Virus record (IMG/VR): IMGVR_UViG_3300007231_000044
Span: 1-24,978 of that record
Origin: a virus
Taxonomy: Duplodnaviria > Caudoviricetes
Length of the DNA: 24,978 bases
Direction: 5' to 3' (one strand)
Position numbers and translations under genes: made by a program. Below are positions 16,793 through 24,912 of the stretch, piece by piece. How positions within the stretch are numbered: position 1 is the stretch's first letter; every line of letters begins with the position of its first letter. The notes under the pieces were generated by a model that saw only the letters and a program-made list of their open reading frames with translations, had not been told where the DNA came from and made no database searches.

Positions 16793-18073
16793 TTATACTA
16801 CTGGAAATGTAATCCATTTATTAAGTTCGTCTGGTAAATAAAATGACTTGTCATTGGCTTCTCTAGCTTCTTTTTCTTTTCCAAGAAGAATTTTATAGTA
16901 GTCTAATAAGTTTCCTGCTCCACCTGTACCAGGAATAGCTCTTTCTTGATCTTGGTATGCAGGAGGAAGTTTGCCACCTGTTTGATTTATAAAAAGTTGT
17001 AGAGCTTTACCAAACTTTCCGTCTTGAGCTTTAACTGCTTCATCCCATTGGTTTTGTAAAAGTTCTCTTTCTTCTTTTTGTTTTGTTATTTCTTGTAAAG
17101 AAAAGGCTTCTGATTCTTTAGCTGTCAAGTCAAAGTCTAACTCTCCACTTGTAGTGCCTGCTCTTGCTTGTGCATTAAGTATTGCTTTTTGTATATCTAT
17201 TTCCCCTACTAAAGCTTTGTCTAATGCTGCTGTCTCTGCTTGTTTTCCTGCTGTTAATCCAGCAAGGTATCTACCAGAAGGTGATCCAACTGTCGCTACA
17301 CCTGCACGAGCTGCTGCTCCTATTTGAGGAGCTAATGTTCTTCTTTCTGCTTGCAATTCTTCAAGTTTAGATAAGTCTATTTGCGAACCAGCTGTAGCTT
17401 GATCTTGTTCTAGTTTGGCTATTCGAGCTCTTCTCATAAAAAATTCTTGTATGTCTGGACTATATTTATTCCATTCCTCTAAAGGAAATCTACCTTCTCC
17501 AAAAAACTCATCTAGTTGTTCTTGAGTTAATACGACTCCGCCACTTTGCATGCCAGGAACGTCTGTCATAAACTCAGCAAGAAACTGTTCAGTAAACAGT
17601 TGGTCCTCAGGATCTACTTTGTCTACTTTAAATTGTTTGCGTAAATTGTTTAGTTGATTGTTATAGGCTACGCTCATGCTTTTTAAATACTTGCCAATAT
17701 TTTCTACACCCGCTTTTGATATGTAATTATCTATCTCAGATTTAAAGGTTGCTTTTAAATCATCTACGGCCATTCTAAAACCATCAGGTCCTTGGTCCAT
17801 CGTTGCTTCTTCTTTGACCTCTACCTTTTCGTCCATCATAGGCATTGGCATATCAGGGACATCTGGATTACTAACAGAAGCCATCATGTTTAATGACGCG
17901 TTTAATTCATTATCACCTTCTTCAAATAACTGTGTTTGGGGGACGACACCGCCTGTTTCCATACCAGGGTAAGGTACAGAACCGCCAGCCATCATAGGTA
18001 CAGGATCAAGGCCAGACATGATACCTTGCTCTCTATTAGAGAACATTTTTCTTTTCTTCCACTGCTCGTGCAT
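16793..18073 (-). CDS. Putative internal virion/ejection protein
   Basis: 426 aa with coiled-coil character and three MxxGG motifs. TAATG-coupled to the upstream gene. Confidence 0.55.
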   Translation of the reverse strand: MHEQWKKRKMFSNREQGIMSGLDPVPMMAGGSVPYPGMETGGVVPQTQLFEEGDNELNASLNMMASVSNPDVPDMPMPMMDEKVEVKEEATMDQGPDGFRMAVDDLKATFKSEIDNYISKAGVENIGKYLKSMSVAYNNQLNNLRKQFKVDKVDPEDQLFTEQFLAEFMTDVPGMQSGGVVLTQEQLDEFFGEGRFPLEEWNKYSPDIQEFFMRRARIAKLEQDQATAGSQIDLSKLEELQAERRTLAPQIGAAARAGVATVGSPSGRYLAGLTAGKQAETAALDKALVGEIDIQKAILNAQARAGTTSGELDFDLTAKESEAFSLQEITKQKEERELLQNQWDEAVKAQDGKFGKALQLFINQTGGKLPPAYQDQERAIPGTGGAGNLLDYYKILLGKEKEAREANDKSFYLPDELNKWITFPVV

Positions 18074-19278
18074 TAACCCATGCCTCCGAATAGTTGAAGA
18101 AGACTAGCTAATCCAGCTAACTGATTAGATTGTCCAGCAGGTTGTGTAGAAACACCTGTTTGATCTACGCCTGGTAAATTAATATTTCCTCCGCCAAGAA
18201 GATCCATAATACCTTGCATAGGATCGTAGGTATTGGCAATAGGATTAAATGTAGTAGTAGATCTAGTGGTAGGTAACAGTCCTAACATGCTTTGTAAATT
18301 TTTCAAACGTTGCGTAGGTTCTGCCGATAATCTATTAGCCGCATCAAACTGTGCTCCATACATTTGATTTTGTATGCCTCTGCCTGTTCTGCCTAATCCT
18401 TCAAAAGCGTTAATTTGTTTTAGTAAATTACTTTGACCAGTTGTTCCTAGATTAGCAAAACCTGTTCCTAGCCCAGCAATACCTGTTCCTAAGTTACCGT
18501 ATTGACCAGCTACGTTAGAAAGTCCTGAACCAAATTGTCCAAGTTGTCCGCCTAGTTGTCCTAGTCCTGAACCAAACGATCCAAGCTGTCCGCCTAGTTG
18601 TCCTAGTCCTTGACCTGCTGTCATTGCAGCACTTCTTGCACCTTCAAAACCTCTTGAACGTATGCCACCAATCGCTTCCGCTGCGCCTCGACCAAATGCT
18701 CTTTCCCTTTCTTGTTCCATTAACCTGCCACGAGAGCCGCCAAATGCGCCTCTACTTACAGCTTGTGATCTGTCTGCAACACCTTGTTTAGCACTTCGTT
18801 CTTGTAAGTCTGACAGTGTCTGCTGGACAACATCTTGTTCATAAGGATTGTAAAAAGAACTAGCGGCTCCTGGTCTATAATAATCAGAAGCTTGTCCAGT
18901 TAACTGTGTGCCTAGTCCATATAGTCCTGTGCCTTGTCCTACTAATCCTGTTCCTTGTCCATACATGTCTTGTGCTCCAGCCAGAGCTCCTTGTCCTTGA
19001 CGTGCAACGCCTAACCCTTCTTGCATCATTTGTCCGCCTTGTTGTATGTATGGGGTAAACCCACCAAGGCCACCAGCTAATTGTCTGGCTTGCATTTCAA
19101 ACGGATCCAATCCTGCGTATTGTTGTACAGCTACAGGTGTTGGTGTTCTAGCTAAACCAAACGCGGATTCTAAAAATCCACGGCGCATGGCCTGAGCAGA
19201 TGGCTCTTCATACGTAGCAGTAGTTGAAGGACCTTGACCTCTTGCTGTACCTGTAAAATAACTTTGATTAACTGCCAT
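18073..19278 (-). CDS. Gly/Gln-rich pilot/ejection-like protein with heptad repeats
   Basis: Motifs YNPYEQDVV and GAFGGSR, long G-x-x-hydrophobic heptad runs, and a position downstream of tail genes. Confidence 0.65.
   Translation of the reverse strand: MAVNQSYFTGTARGQGPSTTATYEEPSAQAMRRGFLESAFGLARTPTPVAVQQYAGLDPFEMQARQLAGGLGGFTPYIQQGGQMMQEGLGVARQGQGALAGAQDMYGQGTGLVGQGTGLYGLGTQLTGQASDYYRPGAASSFYNPYEQDVVQQTLSDLQERSAKQGVADRSQAVSRGAFGGSRGRLMEQERERAFGRGAAEAIGGIRSRGFEGARSAAMTAGQGLGQLGGQLGSFGSGLGQLGGQLGQFGSGLSNVAGQYGNLGTGIAGLGTGFANLGTTGQSNLLKQINAFEGLGRTGRGIQNQMYGAQFDAANRLSAEPTQRLKNLQSMLGLLPTTRSTTTFNPIANTYDPMQGIMDLLGGGNINLPGVDQTGVSTQPAGQSNQLAGLASLLQLFGGMG
18521..18610 (-). repeat. 42-bp in-frame tandem duplication
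   Basis: Copies start at 18521 and 18563 and encode GLGQLGGQLGSFGS / GLGQLGGQLGQFGS. Confidence 0.9.
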
Positions 19279-20105
19279 TAGCTCATCCTCTCTGCTTGTT
19301 TCATTAGACTGTATAAGTTTTTAGCGCCTATATTATCAGTAGCTTTTCTTGTCATAACAAACTCACCTGGTTCTAGTCTTGCTAGTGTTATGTCTCCAGG
19401 TCCTTCGTTCATAGATGCTAAACCACCCTGTTTCATTTCAGGTGGTGGTGCATTAGCGTAACCTACACCTGGCATTAGTGCAGGTTGTAAGTTAAAAATT
19501 CTGTAGTCAGGCATACTGCCTAATCCTTGATCACCATAAGCTTCTTGTCCAATTGGTACTTTTATATCGTCTTTTCTTTGTTCTTTCAGCTGGTTATACA
19601 AAAGCAATTGTCCTATAGGTGAGTTAGCAAAGTCTGTAATGCCTCCGCCTACTGAACTCATAATTCCTTGAGCTTTGTTTTTGCCTTTTTTACCGCCAAC
19701 AAGACCTAGAATAGTATCTAGTAAAGTACTGGATGTGTCCGCATTTGCTATTAGATCTTGTGTAGAGTCCATAAACAAATCGGGATAAAGTTCTTTTACA
19801 GTATCGTCATAGTTTGTATTCTCATTAAATAAATTATCATAAACATCGCTAAAATCTACGCCAGGTTTGTAGTCAAAGTCTAAATTAGCTATGCCATCAT
19901 CATCGCTACCAAACAAATAACTGTAATCATCGTCGCCAAACAAACTTGAAACATCAAAGTCCAAAGAAGTTATACCAGAGTTGCTAGGATCATAATCAAA
20001 ATTTAAATTAACTGCACCATCACCAGAATCGTCAAACAGGTAGCTGTAATCTGTTGTATCGTCGTCTTTAAAAAGATCGTCTAAAAAATCAAAATTGTAT
20101 GACAT
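19278..20105 (-). CDS. Putative virion protein with acidic/aromatic repeats and a C-terminal ARLEPGEFV motif
   Basis: Start moved to ATG 20105, which removes the overlap with the upstream gene and has AGGT upstream. DYSYLF repeats. C-terminal D.TLARLEPGEFVM..KA...IG motif typical of phage virion proteins. Confidence 0.6.
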   Translation of the reverse strand: MSYNFDFLDDLFKDDDTTDYSYLFDDSGDGAVNLNFDYDPSNSGITSLDFDVSSLFGDDDYSYLFGSDDDGIANLDFDYKPGVDFSDVYDNLFNENTNYDDTVKELYPDLFMDSTQDLIANADTSSTLLDTILGLVGGKKGKNKAQGIMSSVGGGITDFANSPIGQLLLYNQLKEQRKDDIKVPIGQEAYGDQGLGSMPDYRIFNLQPALMPGVGYANAPPPEMKQGGLASMNEGPGDITLARLEPGEFVMTRKATDNIGAKNLYSLMKQAERMS

Positions 20106-20130
20106 AACATTACCTATATTATCGTTTTTT

Positions 20131-20610
20131 CTATTCGTTGTCTTGTTTGTTAGAAGCCCCAAAGTAAAAAGATATGATAGCACTTGCTAAACCACCAAGG
20201 TATCCGAGCACTAAGTTAACCAAAGCCTCTGAGTTGGCTTCTGGGGGCATAAGGGTGATAAGAAATATATACCCTAAAAAACCACCTAATGTAGCAATAC
20301 CTATAATTTTTGCTGTCCAATCTTTACCAAACTTAGTTCTTGCGTCTTGTACATCTGCTGTTTCCAATGCAAATAGATCTATATCTAGCTTTTTCATCTG
20401 GACTTCAAAATCAGCTTCTACTTTCTTTAACTGCGCTAGTTGCTCAGGAGTAGCTGTCTCCATGGCCTTTTGTATTTTCTTTGGCTCAGGATCGCATCCT
20501 AATACTTCGGAAATCATATTTGCAGCCATACCGCCCATAGGCCCACCTAATGCGGTTCCTATTGTTGGAGCTACTGTACCTACTAACGTTTTTAATAATC
20601 CTAGTTTCAT
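20131..20610 (-). CDS. Holin-like membrane protein (3TM holin-like)
   Basis: Start at ATG 20610 (TAATG overlap). N-terminal Gly-rich hydrophobic segment, DVQDAR motif, and two C-terminal TM helices ending IISFYFGAS. Confidence 0.6.
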   Translation of the reverse strand: MKLGLLKTLVGTVAPTIGTALGGPMGGMAANMISEVLGCDPEPKKIQKAMETATPEQLAQLKKVEADFEVQMKKLDIDLFALETADVQDARTKFGKDWTAKIIGIATLGGFLGYIFLITLMPPEANSEALVNLVLGYLGGLASAIISFYFGASNKQDNE

Positions 20611-20906
20611 TAACACTTCCACCTTCTGCGCGCTTGCCTAATCCTTGAATTAGGGTTGTTTCTAGTTTTAGCAGAGCTCTTTTTGAGCTGGCCCGCAGAT
20701 CTTGCGCAATAAGATTTACGTCGTTTGGCTGCCTTACTACCTTTCTTTACTTTACCTGTTACCGCAGTTTTTAACTTTGATCCAGGGTTGGCTTTCCTAT
20801 AGGCTTTTACACCTTTCTTAGTCATGCCAGCGCCAGACTTAGTAGGACGGTAGTTACCGCCTTTACCAGTCGTTTTGCGTATTGGCTTAGCTTTTCTTGC
20901 CGCCAC
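20610..20906 (-). CDS. Small very basic conserved phage protein (DUF6321-like)
   Basis: K/R-rich with no acidic residues. Motifs YRKANPGSKLK, RRKSYCAR and R.RW.C. GTG start. Confidence 0.75.
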   Translation of the reverse strand: MAARKAKPIRKTTGKGGNYRPTKSGAGMTKKGVKAYRKANPGSKLKTAVTGKVKKGSKAAKRRKSYCARSAGQLKKSSAKTRNNPNSRIRQARRRWKC

Positions 20907-21003
20907 GTTTCTTTAATTTCTTAAAGTCCGCACCTGTAATTTTATTACGAGGTTTAGCAACTCTAGCTAGTTTCTTTTGTTTTGAGGATAACTTCTTAGC
21001 CAT
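20887..21003 (-). CDS. 38-aa basic micro-protein
   Basis: Not in the ORF track: MAKKLSSKQKKLARVAKPRNKITGADFKKLKKRGGKKS. It has an AGGA SD and fills the gap between its neighbours. Confidence 0.7.
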   Translation of the reverse strand: MAKKLSSKQKKLARVAKPRNKITGADFKKLKKRGGKKS

Positions 21004-21011
21004 TATTTTTC

Positions 21012-21257
21012 CTATAGTAATTTAGTTTTTTTCCTGCGATCGTTTGCTACTGCACCACAACCTTTACTTTGCACTGCGGTTGCACTCGGCATAAAAACAC
21101 CGCCGTCTTTCATTTTTTTAGCTGTTTTTGCTGCATCTGTAAAGTCCTGAGCACTTGGAGCACCTTTAGCTCCTGGTTTTCTCATCTTTTCTCCTGAGCC
21201 TGCTGCTATACGTTTCTTTTTTGCATGTATATTTGCATACAATCCTGGTTTAGCCAT
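21012..21257 (-). CDS. Small basic conserved phage protein
   Basis: SD AAGGAG. MAKPGLYANIHAK..RI..GSGEKMRKPG.KGAP motif familiar from aquatic podoviruses. Confidence 0.8.
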   Translation of the reverse strand: MAKPGLYANIHAKKKRIAAGSGEKMRKPGAKGAPSAQDFTDAAKTAKKMKDGGVFMPSATAVQSKGCGAVANDRRKKTKLL

Positions 21258-21325
21258 TATGGTCTCCTTAATGATTTCTTATAGTTTGACACAGTTTGTG
21301 TTTTCTTCTTAGTTTTTTTAGCCAT
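21257..21325 (-). CDS. 22-aa basic micro-protein
   Basis: Not in the ORF track: MAKKTKKKTQTVSNYKKSLRRP. It has GGGAG upstream, overlaps the lysozyme stop, and ends in a TAATG overlap with the next gene. Confidence 0.5.
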   Translation of the reverse strand: MAKKTKKKTQTVSNYKKSLRRP

Positions 21326-21761
21326 TCAACATTTTCTCCCTAAGCCTTACAGCTCGGTCTCCAACCTGGGTTGCCCATTTGCTGTCCATCATTTCATCAG
21401 CAGCTGTTTCCCAATCTTCGTTTCTTGCAGCGGCTAAAAACTTTTTAAATTTGCTTAATCTAGGATAACCTAGATTAAAACACATGTTAGCTAGTACGCG
21501 CTGTCTTGTATCGTTAAGACCGCGCCACCACTGCATGTTTTTATCCAGTTCTTTGCATACGATGTCTACGTCTGCATTTAAACAATCCTTAACTCTTTCT
21601 TCTGATACAGGTGTTCCTAAAGGTTGGTCGTGTTCTTTGTCTCTTTCTGTAATTAAATGGCCTACACCAAATGTAGCGTATCCAAGATGATCATTATAAA
21701 TCTCATGAATAACACCTTCATCTAACATAAGCTCTTCTAATAATCTAACTCTGTCCATCAT
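21318..21761 (-). CDS. T4-type (GH24) lysozyme/endolysin
   Basis: Start moved to 21761 (ATGA overlap). Catalytic triad E-x8-D-x5-T in DEGVIHEIYNDHLGYATFGVGH, plus NMCFNLG and SKWATQVGDRA. Confidence 0.92.
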   Translation of the reverse strand: MMDRVRLLEELMLDEGVIHEIYNDHLGYATFGVGHLITERDKEHDQPLGTPVSEERVKDCLNADVDIVCKELDKNMQWWRGLNDTRQRVLANMCFNLGYPRLSKFKKFLAAARNEDWETAADEMMDSKWATQVGDRAVRLREKMLNG

Positions 21762-22081
21762 ATCGTTATTGTTGTAGCTCCACCCGTTGACACTGTTATT
21801 TTGCCTAAAGAAGCAACGCCTTCTACCCCGAACTGTTCTCCCTCGTATAGTGTTATCCATTGTTCACCATTCCATAGTTGTAGTTCTTGCGCTGTTAAAT
21901 TCCATATAATGTCGCCTTGTTGGAATTTGTTTTCATTACGCTGTGTTTCATTAACCGAAAGAGTAGCGTCTAAATCTACCTTATTAAGGCTAAGTTCTAA
22001 TACTCTAACTAACCTGTTAAATGTATCAGGAGATATTTCGCCTATGGCTATTGGAAGTCTTGTTTCTAGAATTTTAGCCAT
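21758..22081 (-). CDS. Hypothetical tail-associated protein
   Basis: Coupled to the tail gene. GDIIWN....LQLWNGEQW beta motif typical of fibre/spike modules. Confidence 0.6.
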   Translation of the reverse strand: MAKILETRLPIAIGEISPDTFNRLVRVLELSLNKVDLDATLSVNETQRNENKFQQGDIIWNLTAQELQLWNGEQWITLYEGEQFGVEGVASLGKITVSTGGATTITI

Positions 22082-23970
22082 TATCTTCTACCATTTACTT
22101 TGAGGTCCATACGAGTAGCTCCAACTCTAAAACCAACTCCTAATCTTGCTCCTAGACTATTATCATCGTCAGACTCAATCCTAAGTGCTGCTTGTCTGGC
22201 CCTAAGTCTAGTATCTATTTTTGTAGTAGTTGCTGTGCAAGTGTTTGTCGAGTCGGTAGCTAAGCTTTCGCCTGGATAGTTTCTTTGTTTCAATACAAAG
22301 TTAATTGTCTGGCCTGAACCACCGTCGCCTGTAAATTTAACATCAGGAATAATTTTGTTAATTGATTGAAACTGCTCTCCGTTTCCTAATGCAAAGTCGC
22401 TGGATTCTATAAACACATTATCCATTGGAGAACCATCATCATCGTTACCTGTTTCATGATTATATAAATATCCTACATCGTTTGTGCTGTACGTAGCCAT
22501 AGGAGTATTAAATATACCTTCGTCCAACCATGAGCTTCTTGTAAGTTGTCCTATGCTCCAGGCTCCATCCTCATAGTTATATACAACATACCTATTAATA
22601 ACTTCAGAATCAGCTGAGCAATAAAACCATCCTACTTCATCAAACTCTTTGTTTACAAAACCAAATACCTGAAAAGCTTGTCCTTGGTTAAAATCGCTAA
22701 AGACATAATTTTGAACAGTACAAGAAATATCTTGAACAGCACCTGAATAAGTATAAAAACCTTTTTTATCCATCCAAAATATACCTTTGGGTGTATTGAC
22801 AGCTCCATTTGGAGAAATTAATCCAACACCTTCATTAACTAAATTTATACCAAATGTAAAAGGCTGACCGATAAAAGACATTGAATACAAAGCGGTATCT
22901 GTCCAAATTAAAGTTTCTTGTCTTGCTCTAATAGCTCCGATAATTTGTGATCCTGCAGAAAGTCTAAAAGATCCTGCGGTATTGGTAGCTAAAGGTTCCC
23001 AAACGGCTGCGTTTTCTTGGTCGCTCCAAGCAACCAACATAGGGTCTAAAGCTCCTGATCGCGAGCTTCCTGATATTGGATCAGCGCCTAAACAAACAAC
23101 GTGTCTATCAATGTCACTGACTAACACTTGCAAGGCTAAAGTAGGAGTTAAGTTTGCTCCTGACAGACTTGTTAAAGGTATTGCTCTAGTCGTTCCTAAT
23201 GTAGCTGCGCTAGTGTCAAAATAATATATGCCACCTGCTCGTACATTCATGATTAGATCTTCACCAAAATTATCATGAGACCATAGACGTAATTGATTAG
23301 CACTTGTTAAGGCTGTTGTTGAGCCCCAAGTTCCTGCACCCCAAGTTCCTGCACCCCATCCTGAAGACTCTACATAAGTATCTAGTCCTACGTTAATTTG
23401 ATACGCTCCTACAACAGAACTTCCGCCGTTACCACTATCACTACCGTTAGCTGTTACTGTTGCGCCAGAAGTATCTTTAGCTGTAATCGTATAAGTGTTT
23501 GTTCCTGTAACTAAAAGTATTTGGTATTCTTGATTCAAAACTGTAGCGGTTACAGTCCCACCTAAACTAGCAGCACCACTGAACGTGACAAAATCATCCG
23601 TTACTGCGCCATGGTTTGTGTCGGTAATTGTAATAGTTGAACTACCGTTAGTTGCTGCAAAGGTTACATCGCCTGCAGATGTGGTTTCTCGAAGAGGAGT
23701 AATATCATAAAAGTTATCTCCTTCTTTTATGTAATACTTCCATGTAGCACCTAAACCTAAATATCTTGTTAAAGATAGATCTACCCAAGCATGAAGAGCT
23801 CTAACTGTAGATTGATATGTGCTTAAAGTAGCCTTAGCCCATCCACCAATTTTTTCTGGAAGGCCTTTGCGAAATCGAACAAGATTAGCGTCAAACCATC
23901 CGCCATCATTAGAATAGTCTGTTCCTTCGCGATTTATTCCTGGTCGAAATATAAATTTTTCTAATGCCAT
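22081..23970 (-). CDS. Tail tubular/nozzle (head-stabilisation-like) beta-propeller protein with inserted beta domain
   Basis: N-terminal PGINRE.T.Y...GGWFD.NLVRFR.G.PEKIGGW; WSDQE and LIWTD propeller-type motifs; FCCH-like insert SSTITITDTNHG...DFVTFSG...NTYTI. Confidence 0.7.
   Translation of the reverse strand: MALEKFIFRPGINREGTDYSNDGGWFDANLVRFRKGLPEKIGGWAKATLSTYQSTVRALHAWVDLSLTRYLGLGATWKYYIKEGDNFYDITPLRETTSAGDVTFAATNGSSTITITDTNHGAVTDDFVTFSGAASLGGTVTATVLNQEYQILLVTGTNTYTITAKDTSGATVTANGSDSGNGGSSVVGAYQINVGLDTYVESSGWGAGTWGAGTWGSTTALTSANQLRLWSHDNFGEDLIMNVRAGGIYYFDTSAATLGTTRAIPLTSLSGANLTPTLALQVLVSDIDRHVVCLGADPISGSSRSGALDPMLVAWSDQENAAVWEPLATNTAGSFRLSAGSQIIGAIRARQETLIWTDTALYSMSFIGQPFTFGINLVNEGVGLISPNGAVNTPKGIFWMDKKGFYTYSGAVQDISCTVQNYVFSDFNQGQAFQVFGFVNKEFDEVGWFYCSADSEVINRYVVYNYEDGAWSIGQLTRSSWLDEGIFNTPMATYSTNDVGYLYNHETGNDDDGSPMDNVFIESSDFALGNGEQFQSINKIIPDVKFTGDGGSGQTINFVLKQRNYPGESLATDSTNTCTATTTKIDTRLRARQAALRIESDDDNSLGARLGVGFRVGATRMDLKVNGRR
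23324..23358 (-). repeat. 15-bp tandem repeat encoding WGAGT
   Basis: CCCCAAGTTCCTGCA twice plus CCCCA; protein GWGAGTWGAGTWG. Confidence 0.9.
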
Positions 23971-23977
23971 CTTTCAT

Positions 23978-24160
23978 TTATATTAATTTGTCTATACCTA
24001 AAGAAGCAGCTGTTAGGCCATACAAGCCCCACATAATATACTCAAGTCTTCTAAACTTAGCAGATCCTTCGTCTAATCTTTTCTCTATGTTTTCATAGCG
24101 AATAGCGCACTCTTTTTCATGTGTGCTAATTTGATGTATTGCGTCTTTAGCTGTAGCCAT
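23978..24160 (-). CDS. Small coiled-coil plus C-terminal TM protein (XhlA-like)
   Basis: HEKECAIRYENIEKRL coiled coil followed by hydrophobic IMWGLYGLTAASLGI. Confidence 0.6.
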   Translation of the reverse strand: MATAKDAIHQISTHEKECAIRYENIEKRLDEGSAKFRRLEYIMWGLYGLTAASLGIDKLI

Positions 24161-24363
24161 TATTTTTTCTTTTTAGGTCTTCCTCTTTTTTTCTTTTTTA
24201 CTTGTACTGTTGTGTAAGCTTCATTAACGTCTGGAGTAGATTTATCATCTGCAACAAACTTTCCTTCGTCTGTTCTAGCTCTTACAGTTTCTTCTTCAAC
24301 ACCTCTGACTTTTAGCCAAAAGTTTTTCATAGTGTCGTAGTACGTTTTTGGAAGCCAGTTCAT
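24160..24363 (-). CDS. Hypothetical protein with C-terminal AT-hook-like motif
   Basis: RAR...GKFVADD.STPDVNEA motif and KKKRGRPKKKK tail. TAATG overlaps on both sides. Confidence 0.65.
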   Translation of the reverse strand: MNWLPKTYYDTMKNFWLKVRGVEEETVRARTDEGKFVADDKSTPDVNEAYTTVQVKKKKRGRPKKKK

Positions 24364-24575
24364 TATTGCACCTCTTCAGGTTCTTCTATCACTTCTAAAG
24401 TACTTTGATAACCAACTAAAGCTGTAACTCTAATATCTAATTGATATTGTAGTTGAGCCATTTGCTCTCTAAGATTTTGAATCTCTTGTTGCAAAGTTTC
24501 TGTATAAGCAATTCTTTGTTGTAATTGAGGGTCTACAGGTTGTTCTGTAGTTTCAGTTGTTACTTCTTCAGTCAT
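24363..24575 (-). CDS. Hypothetical acidic coiled-coil protein
   Basis: SD AAGGA; heptad pattern LQQEIQNLREQMAQL. Confidence 0.65.
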   Translation of the reverse strand: MTEEVTTETTEQPVDPQLQQRIAYTETLQQEIQNLREQMAQLQYQLDIRVTALVGYQSTLEVIEEPEEVQ

Positions 24576-24584
24576 TTTTTATCC

Positions 24585-24896
24585 TTATGAATTAGCTGAT
24601 ATATAAGCTTTACCCGTTGTAACTCCGCCACTACAAGTAGTTTTTTTACTTGAAGACGAGCCTACTACGTTAGGTGTATCATCTGCTGCGTCAACAGGTT
24701 CATAAGCTAAGATAGTTTCTAAGTGGTCCACATTACGTTGTACCATTTCATTTATCTCGGCTTGTGTCATAGTTGTTGTATCAGCTTCTGCTGAACCACC
24801 AACATACGTTGATTTTTTACCATTCGTATTGATGTCGTTGATAAGCGTTACGCTATCTGTTGCTGCTGTTAGCACTTCTGCTACTGTTTGAGCCAT
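24585..24896 (-). CDS. Hypothetical protein downstream of the tail fibre
   Basis: SD GGAG; motif QRNVDHLETILA. Confidence 0.65.
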   Translation of the reverse strand: MAQTVAEVLTAATDSVTLINDINTNGKKSTYVGGSAEADTTTMTQAEINEMVQRNVDHLETILAYEPVDAADDTPNVVGSSSSKKTTCSGGVTTGKAYISANS

Positions 24897-24912
24897 ATTA
24901 TTCTCCGTTTAA

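Noticed and set aside
20887-21003. EF-hand calcium-binding motif in the 38-aa peptide (KITGADF)
   Set aside because: The acidic ligands of the canonical DxDxDG loop are absent, so this is at most a degenerate resemblance.
21311-21320. A7 run at the lysozyme end as a programmed frameshift site
   Set aside because: The lysozyme stop codon precedes most of the run, which is explained by Lys codons of the 22-aa ORF.
1292-23224. Many 60-155 aa ORFs antisense to long genes (e.g. 1292-1477, 2045-2362, 3215-3625, 5314-5760, 13179-16076 set, 20174-20641, 22982-23224)
   Set aside because: They are shadow ORFs lying opposite well-supported genes, with Ser/Ile/Phe-biased composition, no SD and no motifs.
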